From the NCBI GenBank assembly GCA_963713975.1, contig OY970218.1, positions 2,624,001 to 2,688,000 on the forward strand: a DNA stretch of 64,000 nt. The letters are read 5' to 3'. The notes beneath the pieces were generated by a model that made no database searches, was not told where the DNA came from, and saw only the letters and a list, made by a program, of their open reading frames with translations. Source of the DNA: an uncultured Chloroflexia bacterium (GTDB lineage Bacteria; Chloroflexota; Limnocylindria; Limnocylindrales; CSP1-4). Position numbers and translations under genes: made by a program. This document shows positions 8,738-17,707 of this stretch, one piece after another (position 1 is the first letter of the stretch; each line of letters opens with the position of its first letter).

Positions 8738-10147
8738 GTGGCCAAGGTGACGATGCCCCAGCTCGGCGAGAGTGTCGCGGAGGGGACGATCGGACGCTGG
8801 CTCAAGCAGCCCGGTGACAAGGTCGCCAAGTACGAGCCCCTGCTCGAGGTCATCACCGACAAGGTGAACGCCGAGGTGCCGTCGCCGTATGCCGGTGTCC
8901 TGAGGGAGATCCTCGCGGAGGAAGGGGCCGTCGTCCCCAACAACGCCGAGATCTGTGAGATCGAGACCGAAGACGAGGCATCGGCCGGCGCGGCACCCGC
9001 CGAGTCGACGGCACCCGCGGTCGCGGCATCGGCCGGCGAGGCAACCCCGGCACCCGCGGCCCCGGCCGGCGAGGCCGGCGAGGCAACCCCGGCCCCGGCG
9101 AGCGCATCCGCCGAGCCGGCGGCGACCGGGGTGGCACCCTCCGCCGCACCCGCGGCCCACGACCCGAACGCCCGCATGACCCCGGCGGTCCGCCGGCTGC
9201 TCCGGGAGCATGGCCTGGAGGCGGCCCAGGTCGCCGGCACCGGCGGCGGTGGCCGGATCACCCGCGAGGACGTCATCGCCCACGTGGAAGCCGTTCGCAC
9301 CGGAGCCGTCCCGGCGGCGCCCACCCCGCCGACCGCGCCAGCCGCGCCTGCAACGAGCACGCCCGGCGGCTCCCCGGCACCCGCTGCTGCCGTGGCCTCA
9401 GCCGGCACCGCCGGTGGCCCCATCGAGTTCCCGTCCGGCGCGGACGAGGTGCTCCTCCCGACGACCCAGATGCGCAAGGGCATCGCCGCGCAGATGACGC
9501 GTGCCCTTGCCGCCCCCCACGCCTACGTGCAGATGGAGATCGACGCGAGCCGACTCGTGCGTCTTCGGGACAGCATGAAGAAGGCCTACCAGGCCAAGGA
9601 GGGGGTCGGGCTGTCGTTCGTCCCATTCGTGGTCAAGGCGGCTGCCGAGGCCCTCAAGCGAAATCCCACGTTCAACGCGGTCTGGACGGACCAGGGGCTG
9701 CTGGCCAAGCGCCGGGTCAACATTGGCGTCGCAGTCGCGGTCGACGAGGGCCTGATCGTGCCCGTGATCCGGGACGCGGACACGCTCTCCGTCCACGGCC
9801 TCAACCTCGCGATTGCCGACGTGGCCAACCGGGCCCGGGCGAACAAGCTGCGCCTCGACGACTTCGGTGGCGGCACCTTCACGGTGGACAACACCGGGTA
9901 CCTCGGCACCAACCTCGTGATGCCCATCATCAACGTGCCGGAGGTGGGCATCGTCACGATGGAGGCGATCACGAAGCGCGCGGTCGTGGTCAGCGGCGAG
10001 GACGGCGACGTGATCGCGATCCGCCCGATCATGAACATGGTCCTGGGCCTCGACCACCGCGCCAACGATGGGGCCGGCGGCGCCGCGCTCCTGCGTGACA
10101 TCAAGGCTTGGCTCGAGGCCGTCGGGCCCGAGACCTCGGTCTATTAG
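8738..10147 (+). CDS. dihydrolipoamide acyltransferase (E2)
   Basis: MPQLGESVAEG...TDKV lipoyl domain, E3-binding GTGGGGRITREDV, catalytic DHRANDG. Confidence 0.95.
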   Translation: MAKVTMPQLGESVAEGTIGRWLKQPGDKVAKYEPLLEVITDKVNAEVPSPYAGVLREILAEEGAVVPNNAEICEIETEDEASAGAAPAESTAPAVAASAGEATPAPAAPAGEAGEATPAPASASAEPAATGVAPSAAPAAHDPNARMTPAVRRLLREHGLEAAQVAGTGGGGRITREDVIAHVEAVRTGAVPAAPTPPTAPAAPATSTPGGSPAPAAAVASAGTAGGPIEFPSGADEVLLPTTQMRKGIAAQMTRALAAPHAYVQMEIDASRLVRLRDSMKKAYQAKEGVGLSFVPFVVKAAAEALKRNPTFNAVWTDQGLLAKRRVNIGVAVAVDEGLIVPVIRDADTLSVHGLNLAIADVANRARANKLRLDDFGGGTFTVDNTGYLGTNLVMPIINVPEVGIVTMEAITKRAVVVSGEDGDVIAIRPIMNMVLGLDHRANDGAGGAALLRDIKAWLEAVGPETSVY

Positions 10148-10169
10148 GGTCCGGCGGCACCACCCGGCC

Positions 10170-11237
10170 ATGGCTCGCGAGCTCCCGGTCTTCGATCCAA
10201 ACCCAGGGCATGCCCACGCGCCGGCGTCGGGGTTGTCCATCGCCATCGGTGGCGGGCAGTCCCTGGAGGTCGAGTCGCCTGCGCCGACGGGGCTCCGTCC
10301 GCTGCGCCGGCACCCGGAGTGGATCAAGTCCCGGATGCCCTCGGGCGACAACTACGCAGATCTCAAGGGACTGCTGCGCGGCCTGAACCTCAACACGGTC
10401 TGCGAGGAGGCCGTGTGCCCCAACGTCGGCGAGTGCTGGGACCAGCGAACGGCCACGGTCATGATCCTGGGCGACGTCTGCACCAGGGCCTGCGGCTTCT
10501 GCGCCATCAAGACGGGCAAGCCCACCTGGTTCGACGATGACGAGCCGCGCCGCGTCGCCGAGGCGGTGACCGCGATGCGCTTGGACCACGTCGTGGTCAC
10601 CAGCGTCGCCCGGGACGACCTCCCGGACGGCGGCGCCGGGGCATTTGCGGCCACCATTCGGGAGATCCGCTCCCGCAGCCCGTTGATGGGCGTCGAGGTC
10701 CTGATCCCGGACTTCAACGGTGAGGAGGCGCCACTGCGGACGGTGATGGAGGCCGGCCCGGACATCCTCAACCACAATCTGGAGACCGTGCGCAGGCTCC
10801 AGGGCCCGGTGCGCAAGCGCGCCCGCTGGGATCGCACCCTCGGCGTGCTGGAGCGGTCCAAGGCCTACGCCGCCGAGTACGGGCGTGAGGCCCACACCAA
10901 GAGCAGCCTGATGGTGGGCCTGGGCGAGACCCGCGAGGAGCTGGCCGAGTCGTTCGAGGCGTTGCGCGCCGTGGACTGCGACATCCTCACGATCGGGCAG
11001 TACCTGCGACCCACGCTCAACCACCTGCCGCTCGAGCGCTACTACCATCCCGACGAGTTCGCGGAGATGCGGGACGAGGCCCTCGCGCTGGGCTTCAAGC
11101 ACGTCGAATCGGGACCGCTCGTCCGATCCAGCTACCACGCACGGGACCAGGTTCCCGGTGCCGCCGAGAGGGCGCTCCGGCGGCGCGCCACCATCGACGC
11201 CGATGGCCGGGTGGTCCCAGGGGTGGCTGCCGACTGA
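10170..11237 (+). CDS. lipA: lipoyl synthase
   Basis: CEEAVCPNVGEC, CTRACGFC radical SAM motif, RSSY. Confidence 0.95.
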   Translation: MARELPVFDPNPGHAHAPASGLSIAIGGGQSLEVESPAPTGLRPLRRHPEWIKSRMPSGDNYADLKGLLRGLNLNTVCEEAVCPNVGECWDQRTATVMILGDVCTRACGFCAIKTGKPTWFDDDEPRRVAEAVTAMRLDHVVVTSVARDDLPDGGAGAFAATIREIRSRSPLMGVEVLIPDFNGEEAPLRTVMEAGPDILNHNLETVRRLQGPVRKRARWDRTLGVLERSKAYAAEYGREAHTKSSLMVGLGETREELAESFEALRAVDCDILTIGQYLRPTLNHLPLERYYHPDEFAEMRDEALALGFKHVESGPLVRSSYHARDQVPGAAERALRRRATIDADGRVVPGVAAD

Positions 11238-11265
11238 TCGCGGCCGGGCCGCGTATTCTTCGCCC

Positions 11266-12321
11266 ATGCCCGCCAACCTGAGCCGCAAGATCCCTCTCGC
11301 CGAGCTCCACTGCCACCTCGGCGCGGCCGTGACCCCGGCCATCATGTGGTCGATCGCCCACGCCCAGGGGATCAAGCTCCCGACCCGCGACTACTGGGAC
11401 TTCCGGGACCTCATCACGGTCCATCCTCGGCGACCCAAGAGCTTCGACGGCTACCTGCAGCTGTTCCACTGGACCGAGCTGATCCAGTCCAGCCCGATCG
11501 CCGTGGAGCGCGCCGTCTACGAGGTCATCGGCGGCGCCTACCGCAAGAACAACGTCACCACCACGGAGCTGCGCTTCAACCCCATGAAGCGGAACCGGGG
11601 TGGCGAGCAGGACCTGGACCACATCATCGCGGCGGCGGTCCGCGGCATGGACAAGGCGACGCTGGAGTACCCGGTCAAGCCCGGCCTCATCTTCTGCCTC
11701 GATCGGGCGTTCCCGTACGAGCTCAACGAGATCATCGTGGAGAAGGCGATCGCCTGGCGTGACCGGGGCGTGGTCGGCGTCGACATCGCCGGGCCCGAGT
11801 CGGCCACCTTCCGCGTCGCGGACTACCGGCGGATCTTCCGCCGCGCCCGCCAGCACGGCCTGGGCATCACCGTCCATACGGGCGAGTCCGGCCCGGTGGA
11901 GGAGATCGGTCGCGTCATCGAGCAGCTGGAGCCGGACCGCATCGGCCACGGCGTGAAGGCCGCCTACGACCCGCGAACGATGGCGATGCTCCGCGAGCGC
12001 GGCATCGTGCTGGAGATCTGCCCGACGTCGAACCTCAACACGGGAGTCGTCTCGAGCTGGGAGGAGTTCCGCTGGATCTTCGACCAGTTCCATCGCAACG
12101 GCGTGCGCTACACCATCAGCACGGACGGTCCGGAGATGCTCAAGACCTACATCAGGGACGAGCTGGCCACGCTCGGGCGGCTCGGCATCCTGTCGATCGA
12201 GGAGCAGCAGCAGATCGCCGCCACGTCGCTGGCCGCCTCGTTCGTGCCCAACGTCTCGGATGTGTCGCCCGCCCGCCGTGAGCCGGCGACCCGAGTGGTC
12301 GTGGAGCGCGAGGAGGGCTGA
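11266..12321 (+). CDS. adenosine deaminase family amidohydrolase
   Basis: ELHCHL, ELRFNP, GVDIAG, HTGE, RIGHG, EICPTSN, STDGP. Confidence 0.85.
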   Translation: MPANLSRKIPLAELHCHLGAAVTPAIMWSIAHAQGIKLPTRDYWDFRDLITVHPRRPKSFDGYLQLFHWTELIQSSPIAVERAVYEVIGGAYRKNNVTTTELRFNPMKRNRGGEQDLDHIIAAAVRGMDKATLEYPVKPGLIFCLDRAFPYELNEIIVEKAIAWRDRGVVGVDIAGPESATFRVADYRRIFRRARQHGLGITVHTGESGPVEEIGRVIEQLEPDRIGHGVKAAYDPRTMAMLRERGIVLEICPTSNLNTGVVSSWEEFRWIFDQFHRNGVRYTISTDGPEMLKTYIRDELATLGRLGILSIEEQQQIAATSLAASFVPNVSDVSPARREPATRVVVEREEG

Positions 12322-13080
12322 TCAGCCCTCCCTGGCGATCGCCGGTCTGCCCGAATCCGCGGCGGGGCCCGTCACGCGGTACGTGCAGCAGCGATCACCG
12401 GTGGCGATGTGCCGCTCGCGCACCACGTCGGCGTCGAGCACGGTGCGGAACAGGTCCAGCTCGGCCTGGCATGCGGCCGGTATCCCCCGGGCCACGTCCA
12501 GGACGGCGCAGTTGTGCTCCACGAGCCGGATCGTCCCATCATCCACGACGGCCTCGGAGATGTAGCCGAGCTCGTCCTGCAGCCCTGCCAGCACCCTCAC
12601 GCGGTCGGCCAGCGGTGCGTCGGGTGGCAGCGAGGCGCCCATCCGCTCCCGGAGCCGCGCCTCGGCCTGGCGGCGGCGGGCCGCGAACACGTCCTCCACG
12701 AGGCCCTCGCCGCCGACCTCGAGGATCGCGGCCAGGAGCCCCGTCGCCAGCCCGTCGTAGTTGGACGGGAACAGGTCCTGGGCATCGGGCGTGGTGTCGT
12801 AGAGGTGTCTCGGCCGCCCCACACCGTGGCGCTCGCTCGTTCGCGAGACCAGCCCCGCCGTGTCCAGGGCTCGCAGCTGCTGGGCGACCCCGCTCCGGCT
12901 GGCCCCGATCGCCTTGGCGATGGCGTCGGGTGCGGAGGGTCCTGCGCGGCGCAGGTGGACGAGGATCGCGCGACGGAGCACGGAGGCACTTGCCCCGTTG
13001 CCGTTACCGTGGCCGTTGAGTGGGCCGTGGTCGGCGGCGGGCGCGCCTGGAGCGGGAGCGGGGACAGTGCGCTCGGACAT
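12322..13080 (-). CDS. ArsR/SufR-like winged-helix regulator with C-terminal Cys motif
   Basis: N-terminal HTH with GRPRHLY; HNC-x12-C...RCC putative Fe-S ligands. Confidence 0.85.
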   Translation of the reverse strand: MSERTVPAPAPGAPAADHGPLNGHGNGNGASASVLRRAILVHLRRAGPSAPDAIAKAIGASRSGVAQQLRALDTAGLVSRTSERHGVGRPRHLYDTTPDAQDLFPSNYDGLATGLLAAILEVGGEGLVEDVFAARRRQAEARLRERMGASLPPDAPLADRVRVLAGLQDELGYISEAVVDDGTIRLVEHNCAVLDVARGIPAACQAELDLFRTVLDADVVRERHIATGDRCCTYRVTGPAADSGRPAIAREG

Positions 13081-13157
13081 GCGCGGCAGAGGCTAGCAAG
13101 AACGGCGCGGCAGCGCTTGCGGGACGCCGGCCACGGCGGAGCCGCGCCACGCCTGCC

Positions 13158-13976
13158 CTAGCCGTCGACGATCGCGAGCCGGACCATGAGGCGGTATTCG
13201 CCGTTCTTGCCGACGCAGGTCTGGAGCGTCATCGACGGGTTCGATTGCGCCGCCCACGCCCAGGAGGCGGCGGTTGTCGGACGGGTGACCTTCCACCACC
13301 TGACGGCGTACGTGCGGACCCTGCCCGAGCCATCGGCGTAGTACGCCTTCATGCCGGTCCTCAGCCGCCCGCGGACGTAGGCATCGTGGAGGGGCTTCAT
13401 CACGCTGTAGGCGTGGCCCATCAGGTAGACGTTGTTCGCGCCCGAGCAGCCCCAGCGGTACATGAAGTTGTCCGGCGGGCGGCTGCGATCACACGGGAAC
13501 TGGCGGATCGACCTGCTGATGCCGAGCGACGGGATCCAGACATGGTTGGTGCCGGAGTACGACCGCGCGGCCGGCTTCTCGGAGGAGCGCCCGACGGCCG
13601 CCTCGTGCTTCTTCGAGGGGCGCGCCGCCTTGTCGGCCTTGGTCGCCTTGTCGGCCTTGGTCGCCTTGTCGGCCTTGGTCGCCTTGTCGGACTCCTGTTC
13701 GACGGCGGCGGCCGGGGCCTCGACCTGCTCGATGACCCTGGGCGCGCTCGCGGGCGCCGATGACGGCCTGGTGACGACGGGGACTGCGGGCGGTACCTGT
13801 TGCTCGACGGTGGTCTCGACCGCGAGGACCTGACCAGCGGGAGGACCTGGCGGGAGCTGGTAGGTGACCGTCCGCGTCGTGACCGCGGCCGCGGCGACTG
13901 CGGAGACGGACTCGACGGCGAGGAAGACCGCCAGGATCGTGGACAGGGCACGCCGCGAGCGGGGGTGGTGTTCCAT
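13158..13976 (-). CDS. sortase-like protein with N-terminal signal/anchor and Lys/Ala repeat linker
   Basis: WIPSLGI, N.YLMGHA (His), TLQTC (Cys), YRLMVR (Arg); hydrophobic N-terminus. Confidence 0.8.
   Translation of the reverse strand: MEHHPRSRRALSTILAVFLAVESVSAVAAAAVTTRTVTYQLPPGPPAGQVLAVETTVEQQVPPAVPVVTRPSSAPASAPRVIEQVEAPAAAVEQESDKATKADKATKADKATKADKAARPSKKHEAAVGRSSEKPAARSYSGTNHVWIPSLGISRSIRQFPCDRSRPPDNFMYRWGCSGANNVYLMGHAYSVMKPLHDAYVRGRLRTGMKAYYADGSGRVRTYAVRWWKVTRPTTAASWAWAAQSNPSMTLQTCVGKNGEYRLMVRLAIVDG
13627..13690 (-). repeat. 18-bp tandem repeat (~3.5 copies) encoding (DKATKA)n
   Basis: GCCTTGTCGGCCTTGGTC repeated on the + strand inside the sortase gene. Confidence 0.9.
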
Positions 13977-14151
13977 GCCCGGAGCATCGATGCCCGCGCG
14001 CACCACATCGACGGCCCGGTGGTCAGGGGGTGTCCAGGCGGCTCCACCCGGTACCGGTGTGGTCTGGTGCGGTGGTGCCCGGTCCGTGGCAGTACCTGCC
14101 GGGACCCGCTGCCGCAGCGGGTCCTGTCGGCGACCCTGCAGCCCTGCTGCT

Positions 14152-14634
14152 TCAGCCGCCGGTGCCGGCAGCCTCCGCCAGGGTGGCCCGCAGCGCCGCC
14201 TCGAACTCCGGGGCCCACGGGCCCTGGCTCGTGAGCACGTAGGGCGACTGCTCGATCTGCTCGAACGTCTCGGCATCCGTCACGTACGAGGCAGCACAGG
14301 GTGCGATCCGCTCGCGGTTCCTCTCGAACGCGTCGCGGTTCCGGAACACGTACAGGTAGAGCGTGACCGGCGTCTCCTGGTCGAGGCCTCTAGCGTCGAA
14401 CCGGATCGCGGTCTTCATGAGGTCCGGATCGTCGCATCCGGCCTCGCCGGAGACCCAGTCCGCCGCCTTGATGTGGGCACCATTGAGACGGCCGGCAAGG
14501 CCCGGGAAGTCGGTCGGCGTGGCGGGCGGTGGCGAGCTCGAGATCGTCCCGCAGGCGGCGACCAGGGCCGGAACCGCGGCGACGATCACGGCGAGCCTGC
14601 GGAAGCCGGACGGGCCGGCGGGGAGCGATGCCAT
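14152..14634 (-). CDS. hypothetical lipoprotein
   Basis: LVAAC lipobox; TAGCCT -10 box 6 nt upstream; hairpin downstream near 14102-14124. Confidence 0.75.
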   Translation of the reverse strand: MASLPAGPSGFRRLAVIVAAVPALVAACGTISSSPPPATPTDFPGLAGRLNGAHIKAADWVSGEAGCDDPDLMKTAIRFDARGLDQETPVTLYLYVFRNRDAFERNRERIAPCAASYVTDAETFEQIEQSPYVLTSQGPWAPEFEAALRATLAEAAGTGG

Positions 14635-14716
14635 TGCCGGAGGCTAGCACCCGTCCCCGCTACCCGCCGATCCCCCGCCCGGTGTCGAGCCCGGCGGGGG
14701 CTGTGCGCTGCGTCCG

Positions 14717-17707
14717 CTACCCGCGGTTGCGCCGCTTTGCCTCGCGCAGCCGCGCCAGCGTGTCGGTGGTGTCTCCGACGCCCGACGGTGGTGGTGGCGG
14801 TGGCGGTGGCGCCGGTGCGGGCGGCGGCGGGAGCGGGTTCGGCGGGGTCGGCGCCTCGCCGTCCGGCAACGTGCCCACTGCCGGTCCCGGTTTCGCTTCG
14901 GGCGTCGCGGCCATACCGCCCTCGACCACGGCAACGGCGGCCCCATCGGCGGCGGCAATACGGTCGGCCGTCTCGCGCCGCAGCGCCGATCGTGCCCCCG
15001 AGGCGCCGGCACGTTCGCGGGCGGCCAGCATGCTCTCGGAGGTCACGGTGCGGGCCGCGACCCGCCTTCCGCGCACCCGGTCCGTGATCCACCGCCGGCC
15101 GTCCACGAGCTCCCGCCGCCCCAGCGCAACACGTCGAAGCGCGATGTCCAGCGGCCACAGGAGGAGGGCGAGCACCAGCAGCCACGGCCAGAGATCCGTG
15201 TAGCGGCTCGTGGATTGCAGGTCGTGGATCCAGACGCCCGCCGGCAGGTCCACCTCGGAGCCGCCGGTGGCCGCGCGGATCGCCCCCAGCAGCGGCTCGT
15301 TCGCACCCAGGAGTCGGTACTCCGCCGCGGTGGGCGCGACCAGGCCCAGCGTGCGACCCAGGGCGGCGGCGCCGGGCTTGGTCTGGGTCACGCGGACCGC
15401 GTAGGCGCCGCTCTCGAGCGAGGCTACCGGCGACTCGTACACGCCGGGTGCGACCTGGCTGAGGTCGACCGCGACCGGCTCGAGGTCGGGCCCCACCAGG
15501 GCAACCCTCGTCGCGTAGAAGTCGCGGGGTGAGCCGTCGGTGTCGACGCTCTCGACGCGCAGGTAGGTCCGGCCGCCGCGATCCACGAACGCGGCCTCGA
15601 TGCCGCCGCTCTCCTCGCCCGGGAACGTCCATCCGACCATCTGGCTGAAGAACCGGCTGAACCCCTGCCACCCGACCCAGCTCTTCGCCCAGCGTCCCGT
15701 GGAGTCCGATGTCCAGGCCACCGACCTGCCCAGGCCGTACTGCCACTGGGCCAGCAGCGGGTCGTCGCGCGCGGTCACCAGCACCGTCTGCGCCGCCGGC
15801 TTCGCCGTCGTCCCGTTGTAGCCAAGCAGCTGGGGCATCCCGTCGTCGATGCCGCGCAGGATCGGCGAGCTGGAGGCGAGGATCGGGAAGAACGCCTCCT
15901 CCACGATCTGCTGGCCGGAGACCTGCTGCGTCTCCTTGAGGAAGATGTCCGGGATCGATGCCGGGTTGGCTGCCGAGTAGAACCGCCCGCCGCCCGCCTT
16001 CGCCAGCTGCTCCAGGAACGGGTTGGCACCACCGCCCGCCCCCACCGTGGACAGCGTGATGCCGGCAGCCTGCATCCGCTTGATGATCTCGTCGTACTGG
16101 CCGCTGCTCGACCAGCCGTCCGTGAGCAGGATGATGTGGCGACGCGTCGCCGTCGCGGTCTCGAGCGACTGCACCGCCTGGTCGAGGCCGGCGTAGATGT
16201 TGGTCTGGCCCAGCGGCGTGATCGCGCCGATGGCTCCCTGGAGGTCCGCCAGGCCCCCCAGCGGCGCGGTCTTGACCACCCAGTGGGCGGCCTCGTTGAA
16301 GGCCACCACGCCCAGCTCGTCCTGGGCGGTCAGGGCCGAGGCTGCGCGCAGGATGGCCTCCTTGCCGATGTCGGTCTTCTTGACGCCGGCGATCCCTGAG
16401 CCACCGCCCATGCCGCCGTCGAAGCTGTTGCAGTGGCAGGCGTCCATCGACCCGGACTCGTCGATGACGACCACGAGGGCGACGTCGGGCTGCTTCTGGC
16501 GGTCGCGCACGCCCATGTCGACCGGGAGCGCCTCCTCCAGTGGGGTGTCCGTGTAGCCGCCGGCGCCGTAGGCGCGCGGTCCGCCGATGGTGACCAGGCC
16601 GCGGCCGAGGTCGCGGACGTACACCTGGAGCGCCGCCAGCGCGGCGTCCGTGAGGCGCAGTCGGGGCACGTCCACGAGCACGATGGAGTCGTAGTCCGCG
16701 AGCCCGGCGAGGTCGGACGGCAGGGCCTCCGGGATCACCGTGTCCACCGTCTGGCGCTCCGTCTCGAGGGCCGCCACCAGCTGGAGCGCGACCTCCTCGT
16801 CGCCCTTGACGACCAGAACCCTGGGCTCGCCCTTGACGATGGTGTTCGCGTCGGCGCGATCGTTCTGGTTGAACGCGTCGCGGGCCGCCTCGATGACGAT
16901 CCGGAAGCGCAGGAACCCCGCGTCCCTGGCCGTGAACAGGAAGTCGACGCGGTTCGCGCCGGCGGCGAGCTCGAGCGGCCTGGTCGCGGCCAGGTCCCCG
17001 TTGACGAACAGGCGCGCGGTTGCCGGCTGGGCGATGGTGGACGTGACGTCGCCGGTCACCTGGACCTGTTCGCCGAGCCGCGCCGTGGACGGAGCGGTCA
17101 GCCGCTCTACCACGACCTCCTCGGCGCCGGCGAGGCCGGTGAGGTGCGTCTCCACCTGGATGCCCCGGGCGGCGGCAAGGGCCGCCTCCGTCTGGCCGGA
17201 TCCGGTCGTGTCGTTGCCATCGGAGAGCAGGACGATCCGCTTCTGGGCGTCGTCCGGGAACAGGGCGCCCGCCAGCCGGAGGGCTGCCCCGATGTCGGTC
17301 GCGCCGCGGACGGGCGTGGAGGCGATGCGATCGATCTCCGCGAGGTCGGACGGCAGCCGCTCGACGAGCGCGTCCCCACCGAACGCGACGATCCCCGCCA
17401 CGTCCTCGTCCTCCTTGGCGGTGAGGCTCTCCCGGAGGAACGCGAGCGATTCCTCGCGGCCGGCCGTCCCGACCGAGTCCGAGAGGTCCACGACGTAGAC
17501 CACGGCCAGGCGGTCCACCGGCAGCACGAGCTGGAACCCGGCGAGGGCGAAGACCAGCGCCGACAGCAGCAGCACGCGGATTCCGAGGGCTGTGCGCCGT
17601 CGCCCCACGCCGAGCCGGCGGCGCGAGGCCATGTGCAGGGCGATGACGACTGCCACCAGGGGCGGCAGGAGCAGCAGGGCCAGCGGCGCATCGAAGTGGA
17701 TGCCCAT
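14717..17707 (-). CDS. membrane protein with two VWA domains and a GATase-like domain
   Basis: MIDAS motifs DLSDS...TD...LLSDG and DESGS...TN...LLTDG; WQYGLGRSVAWTSD; N- and C-terminal TM segments; Pro-rich tail. Confidence 0.88.
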   Translation of the reverse strand: MGIHFDAPLALLLLPPLVAVVIALHMASRRRLGVGRRRTALGIRVLLLSALVFALAGFQLVLPVDRLAVVYVVDLSDSVGTAGREESLAFLRESLTAKEDEDVAGIVAFGGDALVERLPSDLAEIDRIASTPVRGATDIGAALRLAGALFPDDAQKRIVLLSDGNDTTGSGQTEAALAAARGIQVETHLTGLAGAEEVVVERLTAPSTARLGEQVQVTGDVTSTIAQPATARLFVNGDLAATRPLELAAGANRVDFLFTARDAGFLRFRIVIEAARDAFNQNDRADANTIVKGEPRVLVVKGDEEVALQLVAALETERQTVDTVIPEALPSDLAGLADYDSIVLVDVPRLRLTDAALAALQVYVRDLGRGLVTIGGPRAYGAGGYTDTPLEEALPVDMGVRDRQKQPDVALVVVIDESGSMDACHCNSFDGGMGGGSGIAGVKKTDIGKEAILRAASALTAQDELGVVAFNEAAHWVVKTAPLGGLADLQGAIGAITPLGQTNIYAGLDQAVQSLETATATRRHIILLTDGWSSSGQYDEIIKRMQAAGITLSTVGAGGGANPFLEQLAKAGGGRFYSAANPASIPDIFLKETQQVSGQQIVEEAFFPILASSSPILRGIDDGMPQLLGYNGTTAKPAAQTVLVTARDDPLLAQWQYGLGRSVAWTSDSTGRWAKSWVGWQGFSRFFSQMVGWTFPGEESGGIEAAFVDRGGRTYLRVESVDTDGSPRDFYATRVALVGPDLEPVAVDLSQVAPGVYESPVASLESGAYAVRVTQTKPGAAALGRTLGLVAPTAAEYRLLGANEPLLGAIRAATGGSEVDLPAGVWIHDLQSTSRYTDLWPWLLVLALLLWPLDIALRRVALGRRELVDGRRWITDRVRGRRVAARTVTSESMLAARERAGASGARSALRRETADRIAAADGAAVAVVEGGMAATPEAKPGPAVGTLPDGEAPTPPNPLPPPPAPAPPPPPPPPSGVGDTTDTLARLREAKRRNRG

